Origin: the human T2T-CHM13v2.0 reference genome, Homo sapiens
Length of the DNA: 64,000 nt
Assembly: GCF_009914755.1 (NCBI RefSeq)
Contig: NC_060928.1
Strand: one strand, 5' to 3'
Part shown: piece by piece, positions 34,606 through 47,537 of the stretch
How the letters are laid out: each line of letters opens with the position of its first letter
How positions within the stretch are numbered: position 1 is the first letter of the stretch
Translations under genes and position numbers: made by a program
The notes under the pieces: generated by a model
Told to the model about the DNA's origin: nothing
Seen by the model: only the letters and a program-made list of their open reading frames with translations
The model's database searches: none

Positions 34606-35372
34606 GCGCAGTTACTGTATGGCTGTTGTTCGTAATCAACACCCACACAGTAACAGTAATAGTAATGGGAGAAGCTTAAACTGACAACCTGGCCCTTTAA
34701 GGGGCTCCACACAGCCCTAATTTAGTGAAGTTCTTCCTCCCATATCTGTTAAGATACAAATCTGTACTTGGTTAGCATTCCATCTGCAATTTCATGTCAA
34801 AATGAATTTTATTCCTGCACACTCTTCTTTTAAATTCCAATCTCTATTTCTATCATTAGTTTTCAGTTTTAAAGTGACCACAGAGACCTCCTTGACCAAA
34901 GCCTTCTCTCCCCTTTTGCACTTTGGTTATTATGATTTACTGGTTGGGGCCTCCCTGATGAAGGCAAGTGGACAGACAACCCTCTTTTCTTGAAGGAGTC
35001 CATTAAAACCCAGCTATTGAGCCAAATGCAGTTATGTCTCTTCCCTGATACTCTCTCTCCCTCACACCTGCAACCACTTTCCCATTCCATCTGATAAGGT
35101 TTGTCCTTCAGGAGTCCTGTGTCTTCTCCCCCATCCATCTCAAAGCAGTCCAGAGCTTTGGCCTCCAGCTTGGATTTCCCCACCCCACTCTAAACAGCTC
35201 TCTTACTTTGCTCTACTGACCCAGATCTGTCAATCACTTTACAGCCATGAATATCCAAACCCTCCACTTCTTTCAAGTCCAGCTGTCACTATTTCCTCTC
35301 ACACCTGGATCTTTATCATTTCTTCTCAATTTCTCCTGGCAACTCATCAACACTTCATATGTTATCACTCAA

Positions 35373-35840
35373 GGAGTTAGGCAAAACAATGGTCCCCAAG
35401 GTGTCCACACTCTAATCCCCAATACTTAACAATATGGAACTTTACATCGTAAAAGAGACTTTGCAGATGTGATTAAATTAAGGACCTTGAGATGGGAAGA
35501 TGGATGATCCTGGATTTTCTGGGTTGGCCCAATGTAATCACAAGGGTCCTTGGGAGTGATACAATGCAAAAACTCAAACAATCGCAGCTGGCTTTGAAGA
35601 TGGAGAAAAGAAACTGTTAACTAAGGAAGGGAGATGACCTCAAGAATCTAGATAGGCAAGAAAATGAACGCCCAACCCCAAGCTTCCAGAATGAAATGCA
35701 GCTCTGCCAACACCTTGATTTTAGCCAAGTGGGACTTGTGTTGATCCATTAAACTATAAAACTATAGAATAACAAATTTATGTTGTTTAAGCCACTAAGT
35801 TTGTGAGAATTTATTGAACCAGCCATAGAAAACCAAAACA
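35373..35840 (+). mobile_element. MLT1D-like LTR
   Basis: gactttgcagatgtgattaaattaaggaccttgagatggg...ttgtttaagccactaagtttgtg. Confidence 0.8.
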
Positions 35841-36027
35841 TTCCCTCAGTGAGTCCTCCCAGAGATTAAAATGGAACTTAGATTAACTGAACTTACTCCA
35901 GATATGAGAACTGGGAGTCTTGTTTGAGTCACTGAAAGTTGACCAGAGAACACTTCTTGCTAGAATTCTTTCTGGAAACTTTCCTGAAACCATGGTTTCT
36001 TCATCTCAGCGAGCTGAGTGCTCTCTA

Positions 36028-36194
36028 CCTTCTTGCTACCCAGGATGGTCCATGGACCAAGCAGGCGTAGCAGCATCCAGTAGCTCATTAGGAAACAAGA
36101 AATGACAAGAAGCCTGCTGACTTAGAACCTGCCTGTTAAGCAGAGCTACAGATGATTCGGAAGCACATTCAAGTTTGAGATGTACAGTGCTCCA
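36028..36194. mobile_element. MER5A-like hAT-Charlie DNA transposon
   Basis: tggtccatggacc..cagcatccagtagctcattaggaa..gattcggaagcacattcaagtttgaga. Confidence 0.55.
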
Positions 36195-36274
36195 ATTCGG
36201 AAGCACATTCAAGTTTAAGATGTACAGTGCTCCAATTCGGAAGCACTTTCAAGTTTGAGATGTGCAGTGCTCCA
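36155..36274. repeat. 40-bp tandem repeat, 3 copies
   Basis: attcggaagcacattcaagtttgagatgtacagtgctcca x3; copies 2 and 3 differ from copy 1 by 1 and 2 substitutions. Confidence 0.97.
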
Positions 36275-36988
36275 CATCTAAAAATGATACCAAAAGTAGT
36301 TGCACTGGCTGATTACTTTCCTGCAGTTAGTATCTGTTTACACTGGTAGCAGAATTTCTCAAGCCAAGAACTAGACAACAACTTGAGGATTATCTCATCC
36401 AATGGCATTCAAACATGTTCACCAGAAATTTATTTTTTTAATCATCTCAGAAGCACAGTATATAGCAAAAACAGGAAAGTGGAGCTTCTCAATTAGGAAA
36501 ATGATGTGGAGCCCCAGAGCCCTACCTTGCCTCATCCTCTACCATCAGTTCTAGAGTTAACTCTGAGGCATCTCTTTGAAACCTGAGGAGTCTGCCTTAC
36601 AGTTTGAAAATCATCGATTTTAAGCTAAATCCCTCTCAACAAGTGTGGGAAAACTAAGACTTGGAGAGAATAAGGAACTTGCCCAGGTTCATAGATACAA
36701 TTATGAAGTTGGCAAAGTGAAACCTTCTCAACATGATAGATTTGTTAGTAAGCTCACCAGCTTTTGCACAACCATAAGTTTTTTCTCTTTCAAAATAGTC
36801 TCTCTAGGAGGCTGAACATCCCTACTAAGGAATGATTCTGCCGTCCCTCAAAGCTTTATTAGAAATCTTCTGTGGCTACCTTCCCCACGTTCCACCACTT
36901 CTGCCTAGTCTGCATATTAACAGAGGGGATTGGAACTTGGTGGGAGAAGGGAGCACTTTGGTGTTTGGAAATAATGAAAGTGAGTCAC

Positions 36989-39329
36989 TGTATTAGTCTG
37001 TTTTCACACTGCTATAAAGATATAAGCTGAGACTGAGAATTTATAAGCAAAAAAGTTTTAATTGACTCAGTTTCACATGGCTGGGGAGGCCTCAGGAAAC
37101 TTACAATCATGGTGGAAGGTGAATGGGAAGCAGGTACCTTCTTTACATGATGGCAGGAGAGAGAGACAGTGCAGAGGAAACTGCCATTTCTAAAACCATC
37201 AGATCTCATAAGAACTTCCTCACTATCATGAGAACAGCATGAAGGAAACTGCCCCATGATCTAATCATACCAGGTCTCTCCCTCTATACATGGGGATTAC
37301 AATTTGCGATGCGATTTGGGTGGGGACACAGACCCAAACCATATCATTCTGCCCCGACTCCTCCCAAATCTCAAGTCCTATTCACATTCAAAATCAATCA
37401 CGTCTTCCCAACAGTCCTCCAAAATCTTAACTCATTGTAGCATTAACCCAAAAGTCCAAGTCCAAAGTCTCATCTGAGAAAAGGTAAGTCCCTTTCACCT
37501 ATGAGCCCATAGAATCAAAAACAAGTTAGTTACTTCCAAGATAGAATGGGGATACAGGCATTGGGTGAATGTGTTCCCATTACAAATGGGAGAAATTGGC
37601 CAAAACAAAGGAGCCACAGGCCCCATGCAAGTCTGAAACCTGGCAGAAAAGTCATTAAATCTTAAAGTTCCAAAATGATCTCTTTTGACTCTATGTTGCA
37701 CATTCAGGACACTCTGATGCAAGGAGTAGGATCCCAAGAAGTTGGGCAGCTCCACCTCTGTGGCTCGGCAGGGTACAGCTGCTGTGGCTGCTTTAATGCA
37801 CTCATGTTGAGTGCCTGCAGCTTTTTCCAAGTGTACAGTGCAAGCTGTTGGTAGATCTAGCATTCTGGGGTCTGGAGGATAGTGGCCCTCTTCTCACAGC
37901 TCCACTAAGCAGTGCTCCCATGGGGACTCTATGTGAGGGCTTCCACCCCACATTTCCCCACTGCACTGCCCTAGTAGAGGTTCTCCCTGAGTTCTCCACT
38001 CCTGCAGCAGACTTCTGCCTAGACATTCAGGCATTTCCATACACACTCTGAAATCCAGGCAGAGGCTGCCAACCCTCAACTCTCGTCTTCTGTGCACTTG
38101 CAGGCCCAACACCACATAAAAGTCGCCAAGGTTTTGGGCTTGCACCCTCTGAAGGAATGGCCCGAGCTGTACCCTGTCCCTTTTTAGCCATGGCTGGAAT
38201 TAGAGTGTCTGGGATGCAGGGTACAAAGTCCCGAGGCTGCAGGGAAGAGGGGGGCCCTGGGCCTGGCCCATGAAAACATTTTCCTCCTAAGCCTCTGTGC
38301 CTGTGATGGCAGGGGCTGCTGTGAAGATCTCTGACATGCCCTGGAGATATTTTCCCTATTGTCTTAGAGACTAACATTCAGCTTCTCATTACTTACGCAA
38401 ATTTCTTCAGCTGGCTTGAATTTCTCCCCAGAAAATGAGTTTTTCTTTTCTACTTCATGGTCAGGCTGCAGTTTTTTCAAACCTTTATGCTCTGCTTCCC
38501 TTTTACACATAGGCTCCCATTTCAAATCATCTCTTCATGAATGCATACAACTGAACACTTTCAGAGTAAGCAAGATCACATCTTGAGTGCTCTGCTGCTT
38601 AGAAATTGCCTCTGCCTTTCTCAAGTTCAAATTCTACAGATCTCTAAGGCAGGAGCAAAATGCTGCCAGTCTGTATGTTAAACTGTAGATGAGTGACCTT
38701 TACTCAGGTTCCCAATAAGTTCCTCTTCTCCATCTAAGACTACTTCAGCCTGGAATTCATTGTCCATATCACTATCGGCATTTTGGTCAAAACCTTTCAA
38801 CAAGTCTCTAGGAAGTTCCAAACTTTCCCACATTTTCCTGTCTTCTTCTGAGCCCTCCAAACTGTACCAGCCTCTGCCTGTTACCAAGTTCGAAAGTTAC
38901 TTCCACATTTTCAGGTTATCTTTAAAGCAGTGCCCCACTTCTGGTACCAATTCTGTGTATTAGTCTATTTTCACACTGCTGTAAAGATACTACCTGAGAC
39001 TGGGTAATTTATAAACAAAGGAGGCTTAATTGACTCACAGTTTTGCATGGCTGGGGAGGCCTCAGGAAACTTATAATCAGGCAGAAGGTTAAGAGGCAGC
39101 AGGCACTTTCTTCACATGGTATCAGGAGAGAGAGAAAACGCACAGGGGAAACTGCCATTTTTAAAACCATCAGCATCAGATCTCATGAGAACTTCCGCAC
39201 TATCAGGAGAACAGCATGGGGAAAACCACTCCCATGATCCAATCACCTCCCATTGGGCCCCTCCCACAACATGTGGGGATTACAATTTGAGATGAGATTT
39301 GGATGAGGGCACAGAGTAAAACCATATCA
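36989..39329 (-). mobile_element. Complete THE1D/MSTA-like MaLR element (LTR-int-LTR)
   Basis: LTRs 36989-37346 and 38956-39329 around a ~1.6 kb internal region; perfect TSD gtcac (36984-36988 / 39330-39334). Confidence 0.92.
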
Positions 39330-39359
39330 GTCACAGCTTAATCTGGTGAATTCACCAGA

Positions 39360-41640
39360 TGATATGGTTTGGTTGTGTCCCCACCAAACTTCAACTTGAA
39401 TTGTATCTCCCAGAATTCCCATGAGCTGTGGGATGAACCTAGGTAATTGAATCATGGAGGCCATTCTTTCCTGTGCTATTCTTGTGATAGTGAATAAGTC
39501 TCATGATTTCTGATGGGTTTTTCAGGTGTTTCTGCTTTTGCTCCTTCTTCTTATTTTCTCTTGCTGCTGCCATCTAAGAAATGCCTTTCGCCTCCCACCA
39601 TGATTCTGAGGCCTTCCCAGTCATGTGGAACTGTAAGTCCAATTAAACCTGTTTTCCTTCCCAGTCTCAGGTATGTCTTGATCAACAGTGTGAAAAGAGA
39701 CTAATACAATAAATCAGTACCTGTTGGTAGAGTGGAGCGTTGCTGGAAAGATACCCAAAAATGTGGAAGTAACTTCGGAATTGAGTAACAGGCAGAGATT
39801 GGAACAGTTTGAAGGGCTCAGAAGAAGACAGGAAAATGTGGGAAAGTTTGGAACTCTCTAGAGACTTGTTGAATGGCTTTGCCCATAATGCTCATAGCAA
39901 TATGGACAATATAATCCAGGCTGAGATGGTCTCAAAAGGACATACAGAACTTGTTGTGAACTGGAGCAAAGATGACTCTTGTTATGTTTAGCAAAGAGAC
40001 TGGCAGCATTTTGCCCCTGCCCTAGAGATTTGTGAAACTTTGAACTTGAGAAAGATGATTTAGGGTGTCTGGTGGAAGAAATTTCTAAGCAGCAAAGCAT
40101 TCAAAAGGTGACTTGGGTGCTGTTAAAAGTATTCGATTTTAAAAGGAAAACAGAGCATAAAGGTTCAGAAAATCTATGGTCTGATGATGCAGCAGAAAAG
40201 AAAACCCATTTTTTTGAAGAGAAATTTAAGACAGCTGCAGAAATTTGCATAAGTAGCAAGAAGCCTAATGTTAATCCCCAAGACCATGGGAAAATGTCTC
40301 TGGGCCATGTCAGAGGTCTTCATGGCAGACCCTCCCATCACAGGCCCAGAGGCCTGGGGGGAAAAAGTGGTTTTGTGGGCCAGACCCAAGGTCCCCATGC
40401 TGTATGCAGCCTAGGGACTTGGTGCCCTGTGCCCCAGTTGCCCCAGCCATGGCTCAAAGGGCCAAGATAGATCTCAGGCTGTGTCTTCAGAGGGTGGAAG
40501 CCCCAAGCCTTGGCAGCTTCCACGTGGTGTTGAGCCTTCAGGTGCCCAGAAGTCAAGAGTTGAGGTTTGGAAACTTCTATCTAGATTTCAGAAGATGTGT
40601 GGAAACGCCTGGCTGTCCAGGCAAAAGTTTGCTGCAGGGGTGGGGCCCTCAGGGAGAACCTCTGCTAAGGCAGTGCAGAAGGGAAATGTGGGATCAGAGA
40701 CCCCACACTGAGTTCCTACTGGGGCACTGCTTAGTGCAGCTGTGAGAAGAGGGCCACCATCCTCCAGACCCCAGAACAGTAGATCCACCAACAGCTTGCA
40801 CCGTGCACATGGAAATGCCACAGACATTTCACACCAGCCCATGAAAGCAGCCAGGAAGGAGGCTGTACCCTACAAAGGCAGAAGGTGGAGCTGCCCAAGA
40901 CCATGGGAACCCACCTCTTGCATTAGTGTGGCCTGGATGTGAGACCTGGAGTCAAAGGAGATCATTTTGGAGTTGTAAAATTTGACTGCCCCACTGGATT
41001 TCGTACTTGCATGGGGCCTGTAACCCCTTTGTTTTGGTCAATTTCTCTCATTTGGAATGGCTGTATTTACCTAATACCTGCATCCCCATTGTATCTAGGA
41101 AGTAACTAGCTTGCTTTTGATTTTACAGGCTCTTAGGTGGAAGGGACTTGCCTTGTCTCAGATGAGACTTTGCATTGTGGACTTTTGGGTTAACGCTCAA
41201 ATGAGTTAAGACTTTGAGGGACTGTTGGGAAGGCATGAATGGTTTTGAAATATGAGGACGTGAGATTTGGAGGGGCCAGGGGCAGAATGATATGGTTTGG
41301 CTGTGTCCCCATCCAAATCTCAACTTGAATTGTATCTCCTAGAATTCCCATGTGTTGTGGGAGGGACCCACTGGGCAGTAATTAAATCATGGGGACTGGT
41401 CTTTCCTGTGCTATTCTCATGATAGTGAATAAGCCTCACGAGGTCTGATGGGTTTATCAAGGATTTCTGCTTTTGCTTCTTCTCATTTTCTCTTGCTTCC
41501 ACCATTTAAGAACTGCCTTTCACCTCCCACCATGATTCTGAGGCCTCCCAAGCCATTTGGAACTGTAAGTCCAATTCAACTTCATTTTCTTCCCAGTCTC
41601 AGGTATGTCTTCATCAGCAGCATCAAAACAGACTAATACA
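39360..41640 (+). mobile_element. Complete THE1A-like MaLR element (LTR-int-LTR)
   Basis: LTRs 39360-39708 and 41288-41640, PPT ggaggggccaggggcagaa before the 3' LTR; flanks ccaga / taaga (imperfect TSD). Confidence 0.92.
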
Positions 41641-41744
41641 TAAGATTATTAGGGAACATACACCCTATTCTTTTAGACATTGTGTATGACCAAAGTCTCC
41701 TGAGACTAATGGATTAGTGATGAGTACACTGACAGGAGGGAGGT

Positions 41745-41950
41745 AACCATTATTGAGCACCTACTGTAGGCCACAGTTCCCGAGGATATGTTTGCCTACT
41801 TTGTTCCACTTGATCTTGAGGGAGGGTCTGTTGCCATCACTATAGTGATGATAGTTCCCATACCTGAGATGAAGAAACTGAGGCCAAAGATCATATGAGC
41901 AATAAAGGACAAGCATAAACCTTTCTGGCTCCAAAGCCTGCATTCTTTCT
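41745..41950 (-). mobile_element. MIR
   Basis: tattgagcacctactgtaggcc...gagatgaagaaactgaggcc. Confidence 0.6.
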
Positions 41951-42188
41951 ATTAAAGTATATATCTCTGGTAGACTTATTAGAAAACAAATGAGTCTGCT
42001 GTTGCCTAGAAGTAAAAGGCCTTAAGTCTTCCAGATGCTCTTTGTTTAATGCAAGTGCCTCTTTTGTTGTACTTATCATTCTACTAGCAATAAGTGGCTT
42101 GTATGTCTGCCTCCCCAGCTCTGGGAGAATTTCTGAATCCCCAGGGCTTAGCACAGTAATCAGCAGTGCTCAGTAAATGTTCACCAAA

Positions 42189-42593
42189 TGCTGTGATGTG
42201 AATGTTGGTGTTTCCTAAAAATTCATGTGTTGAATGTTAATCCCCAAGGTGATAGTATTAAGAGCAGGAGACTTTGGGGAAGTGATTAAGTTATGAGTAT
42301 TTCACCCTCATGAATGGGATTAGTGTCCTTATAAAAAGATAGAAGGAAAAGTGTTTGTCTCTTTCCCCATGTGAGGGCACAATGTTCCTCATTTCCACCA
42401 GGATGGAAGAATGAGGATGCAGCAAAGAGTACCATCTGTGGGAACACAGAGTGAGCCTTCACCAGACACGGAATCTGCCGATGACTTGCTCTTGGACTTC
42501 TCAGCCTCCAGAACTGTGAGAAATAAATTTCTATCCTTTATAAATTACTCAGTCTAAGGCATTTTGTTATAGCAGACCAAACAGACTAAGACA
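42189..42593 (+). mobile_element. MSTD/MLT1A-like LTR
   Basis: aattcatgtgttgaa..ccctcatgaatgggattagtgtccttataaaa..cagactaagaca; flanks ccaaa/gcaaa; splits an L2 3' end. Confidence 0.8.
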
Positions 42594-42711
42594 GCAAATA
42601 AGTGAATAATAATAGTAATAGTAATAGCCAATGTTTATTGCATCTTCACTATATGACAAACGTTGTTCATTTCACTTTTCCTGGCATCAGTCTCCTGCTT
42701 TATAAAATAAT

Positions 42712-42800
42712 AGGTGGATGAATGGATGTATGGACAGATGCGTGGAGAGATGGATGGATGGATGGATGGATGGATGGATGGATAGCTGTTTGAATGGATG
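42712..42800 (+). repeat. (GGAT)n microsatellite
   Basis: Pure tgga run at 42751-42783 within a degenerate array. Confidence 0.9.
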
Positions 42801-43799
42801 GTTAGATGTTCAGACAAGGAAGAATATACCATACTCTCTGAAAGATATTTCACCAACATATTGAGTCTTGTTGCAATTCCTCTCTTTTGTGTAGTTGCAA
42901 GTACGATCAGCAGTTTTCTGAATTGGAAATGCTCTCGGGACAGCCTTGATCCAACAGTTCTGATAATTAATGAGTTCTTGCCTATAAAGTACTTTAAAAG
43001 TACAGTGTTAGGAGGATATTTTATGAAGAAATACTCTAATTACTGAAATATGTAACAGTATATGCAGTGTTTCTTCCATGATTTTTTAAATGGATTTATC
43101 CATATTTAAATTTTTTCCATTTTTTAAAATATGTTATTTACCTAATATTTCCCCATAATGACTCTAAGCCAGTAGATTATAAGGCTAATATTTTATTCAT
43201 CTCTTTATTTCCACCACGAAACATAGACTGTGAAGTATAGTAGTGTTTCAGTAAATGCTGAATAAATTAATAAATGAATGAACTTGATTACTATCAGAAT
43301 ACATTTGAATATTGAGAGTTTTTCAATTTGTCATTTTTTTCAGCAAATGCCAATTAAAAGCCTGCTGTTCCCAATGTCAGTCCTGGTCACCATAAGGGAT
43401 TCAAGGTGTAAGAAACACCTCCAAGGTATGTCTAAATTCACCTTGTCTGCATGTGGAGAAACAGAGAAATTAGTTGGTAAAATAGGTATATTTACTCAAC
43501 AAGTACCCATTGACCACTGACAACATGACAGTGAGCTGTGGCTACTTTGTGAAGAGCCTTGAACACCATGATCAGGATTCCAGACATTAAGCCAGGGGTC
43601 CTGTGTCATCATTGAAGGGATTTTCATAGGGCACTAAAATCAGAACTGAGCTACAAAAATAAAAAGAAGAGAATAAGATGCTGTCAAATTAAAAAATAGC
43701 TAAGCATTTTCTTTCATAAGTGCTTAGCGATATTTGTCTCTGTTAACCTCTCCTTCGATTTCAGATTTCAAATATATGAACCTTATATTGCATTACTGT

Positions 43800-44050
43800 A
43801 CAGTGATGGAAAACATAAACTTTGATGTCAAACAGACCTGATTTTGAGTCCTCACTGTGTCTCTTATTAAGAGTGTGATCTTGGGTAAGTAAGAATCTTT
43901 CTTGGTCTCAGTCTTCACATCTATGAAATGGAAGAAATAACTGTATGCTTGTACAGAATTACAGCGGGAATTAAATGAGTTAATAAATGTAAAACACTTG
44001 GTTTTATGCATGGTACATGGTGAACCAATGAATAAGCAAATAATCAAAGC
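43800..44050 (+). mobile_element. MIR
   Basis: gtcaaacagacctg..gtgtgatcttgggtaagt..tctcagtcttcacatctatgaaatgg. Confidence 0.75.
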
Positions 44051-44129
44051 ATAATAGATATTAGGGTGGATGAGGCTAGCCAATTATTTGTCACCTTATT
44101 TGAGACAGGCACTCTACTACATGTGTAAG

Positions 44130-44630
44130 CATGCATTTATTCAATGAGCTTTATTAAACCTCTACTAGGTACCAGGCACTGTTCTAGGGATTGGGGCTAC
44201 CACAGTGAAGAAAACAGAACATCAACAAAAGTCCTTACCCTCAGAGAGCTTCCATTCTAGTGACACTACTTAATTTCCATACTGTGCCTCAGTTTCTCTA
44301 TCTGTGAGATAGTGACAAGAGCTGAACAGGGGCTGCAGAGGGAATTTGATTATTAAATATGAAGCACTTCAAACAGCACGTGGCATCGAGTAGGGGCCAT
44401 ATAAAGATTTGCTGTTAAAATACTAGTTGTTATTATTTGTATTATTATTGATATAGAGAATATTATCTACCTTTTGTACCTCAGGCACCAGCTGCAGAGC
44501 TAATAATATGGATTATTGTCTGTCTTTTACAAAGAGGCTGAGTAGTTTTATTAAAATCACACACTTTGTAAAGGCAGAGCCAGAATTGAAGCAAAATTTG
44601 TGTCCAAATTTGACACTCTTAACCCTCTAC
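44130..44630. mobile_element. Cluster of an L2 3' end (-) and MIR fragments
   Basis: tttattaaacctctactaggtaccaggcactgttctagg; tgtgcctcagtttctctatctgtga; ttttacaaagaggctgag. Confidence 0.6.
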
Positions 44631-45403
44631 AAACATTTCCCAGCTCCAACTGCCCTTGAAAAAAATTTATTTCACATACACTGACGAGTATAAACAATTA
44701 TATCATAGGCTACCTTTCCAAGAGTCATTTACACTCTTAATAAATGAGTTCTCCTGATTTTGCAGTGATGAATGAGTGAATTAGCAGTACCTTTGGAATT
44801 TTTACTCCCAGGCTGACCTCATTAGCCTTGTTTATAGACAAGCAAGGGCCAGACTATGTTACATTACGTAAAACAAAGAAGGAAGTTCTTATAGGATGGG
44901 CAGCTTGCTTTGATTACCCATTGTGGACCATGGAAGCACTTATAGTAGTGATTTTTATTAAGTGTTTTAATACAAACCAGCGAGACAACTTTGGAGTTCT
45001 GAAGTGTAGGCAGATATTTTTTTAAGTAACTTTTGGAAGTCTGTAAGTTTGGTGTTCTTTCTTTCTTCCAGTAATGAATATTCTGGACCTTTTCTCTAAA
45101 GAAATTTGAAATCCTTTTTAATCTGCAGATTAACACCTAGTCAAAAATTACATTCTTTCTTTGATAAAAGGGACTAATAAGACAAAGATCAATATTGTAC
45201 ATGGCGGTGTTTCTCAAAAAGCTAAGTTTGAAGTTAAAGCCGAAAACTTCAGGAGGAAAATATGCAAAGTATATGAGAGAAACGTTGAAAGATAAAGAAG
45301 AAAAAACAGATTAATAAAATCTATGTCAGGGCAGGAAATCAGCCTAGACATATTTTATTTAAGCCCTTTGACTTTCTATTTGGGTTGAATTTCATCAGCT
45401 TTG

Positions 45404-45406
<3 letters not shown>

Positions 45407-45442
<36 letters not shown>
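45407..45442 (-). repeat. Poly-T (36 nt)
   Basis: Directly visible; no adjacent Alu or L1 body. Confidence 0.95.
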
Positions 45443-45445
<3 letters not shown>

Positions 45446-45829
45446 ACTTCTAAAGATATTTCTTCCAGAAGGAGGAGGCTTGGTGTGAATACAGGAATTT
45501 AGTGAACTCCATTAATTATTTCAGCTCCTGAAGTCCTTGTTAAAGTGTCTCATTCTTCTAACGAATTAGCCTCTCCTGCTGCTAAGAATGTACCTGAGAA
45601 GCTTATTAAACCTGAAAGCTCCTGACCATATCTGAATCCCACTGAATTAGAAGCCCGGGTGCAGGTGGGATGGGGGAGAAGCTCATATTTCCAATAAGAC
45701 AATGAGCAACTCAGAAGCAGGCCAGACACTCCTAATCTTTCTTTGCTAATCTTACAGCCCAGCCATACTCTCCTCCCCCATTTTGATGAGATAACTGAAA
45801 ATCAGAGAAGGGAAGTAATTCAGCACTGA

Positions 45830-46285
45830 ATTTTAATTGTTTTTATTGTGGTAAAATACACCCGACATAAAATGTACTAATTTAATCATTTCTAAGTGTA
45901 CCATTCAGTGACATTAAGCACATTCATATTGCCGTGCAACCATCATTACCATTCATCTCCAGAATGTTTTCCTCATCCCCAGATGAAACTCCACACTCTT
46001 TCAACAATAATTCCCCATTTCACCTTCCCCTCAGCTCCTGGCAACCACTATTCTACTTTCTGTCTCCATGAATTTGGCTATTCTAAGTACCACATATGAG
46101 TGGAATCATACAGTATTTATCCTTTCGTGTCTGGCTTTTTCACTTAGCATAATACCTTCGGGGTTTATCCACTTTGTATCACGTTTCAAAATTTTATTCC
46201 TTTTGAAGGCTCAATAATAATTTATTGTATTATTTATCACATTTTCTTTAGCCACTCATCCATCTATAGACATTGAATTTTGATT
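45830..46285 (-). mobile_element. L1MB-like 3' end
   Basis: ttattgtggtaaaatacac..gtgcaaccatcattaccattcatctccagaa..ctggcaaccactattctactttctgtctc. Confidence 0.8.
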
Positions 46286-46351
46286 TTTAACCATCTTGAA
46301 CCAAGGGCATGACATTTCACCTGGAAATATTTGTTCTCCTATTCCCATTAT

Positions 46352-46533
46352 ATGTTTACCAGATTTTGCAGTAAGTCTTAATTACAGAATGCCCAGTTGA
46401 ATTTCAGGTTAAAAAAAAAACATTTTTAGTATAAATTTGCCCTATGCAATATTTGACACATAATTATACTAAAAATTATTATTTATCTGAAATTCAAATT
46501 TAACCAGGTGTCCTGTATTTTATCTGGCACACT
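46352..46533. mobile_element. MER53 palindromic hAT MITE
   Basis: Hairpin-like element cccagttgaatttcag...tttttagtataa..ttatactaaaaa...ctgaaattcaaatttaaccaggtgtcctgtattttatctggca. Confidence 0.75.
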
Positions 46534-46704
46534 TATAGCTCACATTCAGTAAGACCACAAATAAGGAGATTCCTGCCTTCTTGGAGCCTTGAGTTGCTGG
46601 AATTCTTACTTTTGAAACATATCTTGATCTAGATGAATACAAAGCAACCAAAAGTACAGGAAAAGCAGGCAGCATTTATACACTTCTTTTTGATTTAAAA
46701 GGTT

Positions 46705-46870
46705 TGTCTGACACATTGCATTCTCTCCTCAATCCTACAATTGCCAGCTCTGTTTTCCAGATAAGGAAACTGAGGCTCACACGGACCATGTGGATTTCCC
46801 AAGCTCATAGAGCTTGAAGAAAGCAGGGGTTTGGCTCAAATCCCAAACTTCCAGATTTCAAAGCCAGTTT
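46705..46870 (-). mobile_element. MIR fragment
   Basis: ttttccagataaggaaactgaggctca core. Confidence 0.6.
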
Positions 46871-47448
46871 TTTTTTCTTTTAACTGCTTAAAGTATACTA
46901 AAATGATACAGAGAATTATAATTATCAAAGTAATTCAAATGCAATAAATTATTTTCATTAAGTAAATAACTGAGTCTCTGTCATTATGCACAGAATAGTT
47001 GCCCCAACTGCTCTATACACCTAACTGAATCAAGAAAAGATGTTTGGATTGTTGGACAATTTGGTGCCTGAGTCATTCAAACAATTGGCTGTGCTTCTCC
47101 ACTTCCCTCTGACAGTTAAGACAACCTACTGAAGGATAAAGAAGGCATCCGCACAGCTGAGTACTGACTCCTTTCACTTGTGCCATCTTGTTTACTTCCT
47201 CAAGCCCTATTACAAACCGGCATTTTTTCTTACTTATTTGCCGTATTTTATCAAGTCCAAGATTCTGTAGCTTGTAAGAGACATCATTATGTTCTATAAT
47301 GATAAAATGCCACCAATTAAATTATGACACCATAAATATTGCATTCCATTTTCAAGATGTTAAAAATGTTTAAAAAGTTCATCTAACAACTAACACAAAG
47401 AGATATAAAAATGGCCCCAAATGTATAAAATGATGTCCAATTTCATTC

Positions 47449-47537
47449 CACCAACATGGCACATGTATACGTATGTAACAAACCTGCACGTTGTGCACAT
47501 GTATCCTAAAACTTAAAGTATAATAATAATAAAAAAA
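47449..47537 (+). mobile_element. 89-bp 5'-truncated L1PA insertion
   Basis: L1PA 3' terminus with perfect 17-bp TSD gatgtccaatttcattc (47432-47448 / 47538-47554). Confidence 0.93.

Noticed and set aside
36155-36274. CRISPR-like repeat
   Set aside because: Units are directly adjacent with no unique spacers, there are no cas genes, and the context is mammalian
37012-41636. Dense overlapping ORFs as genes
   Set aside because: All lie in THE1 LTR or internal sequence; short, broken and present on both strands
36989-41640. Single inverted duplication of one THE1
   Set aside because: The LTR types differ and the left element has its own perfect TSD, indicating two insertions
46352-46533. Long hairpin as a novel ncRNA or miRNA
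   Set aside because: Explained by the palindromic MER53 MITE, and the arms are degraded
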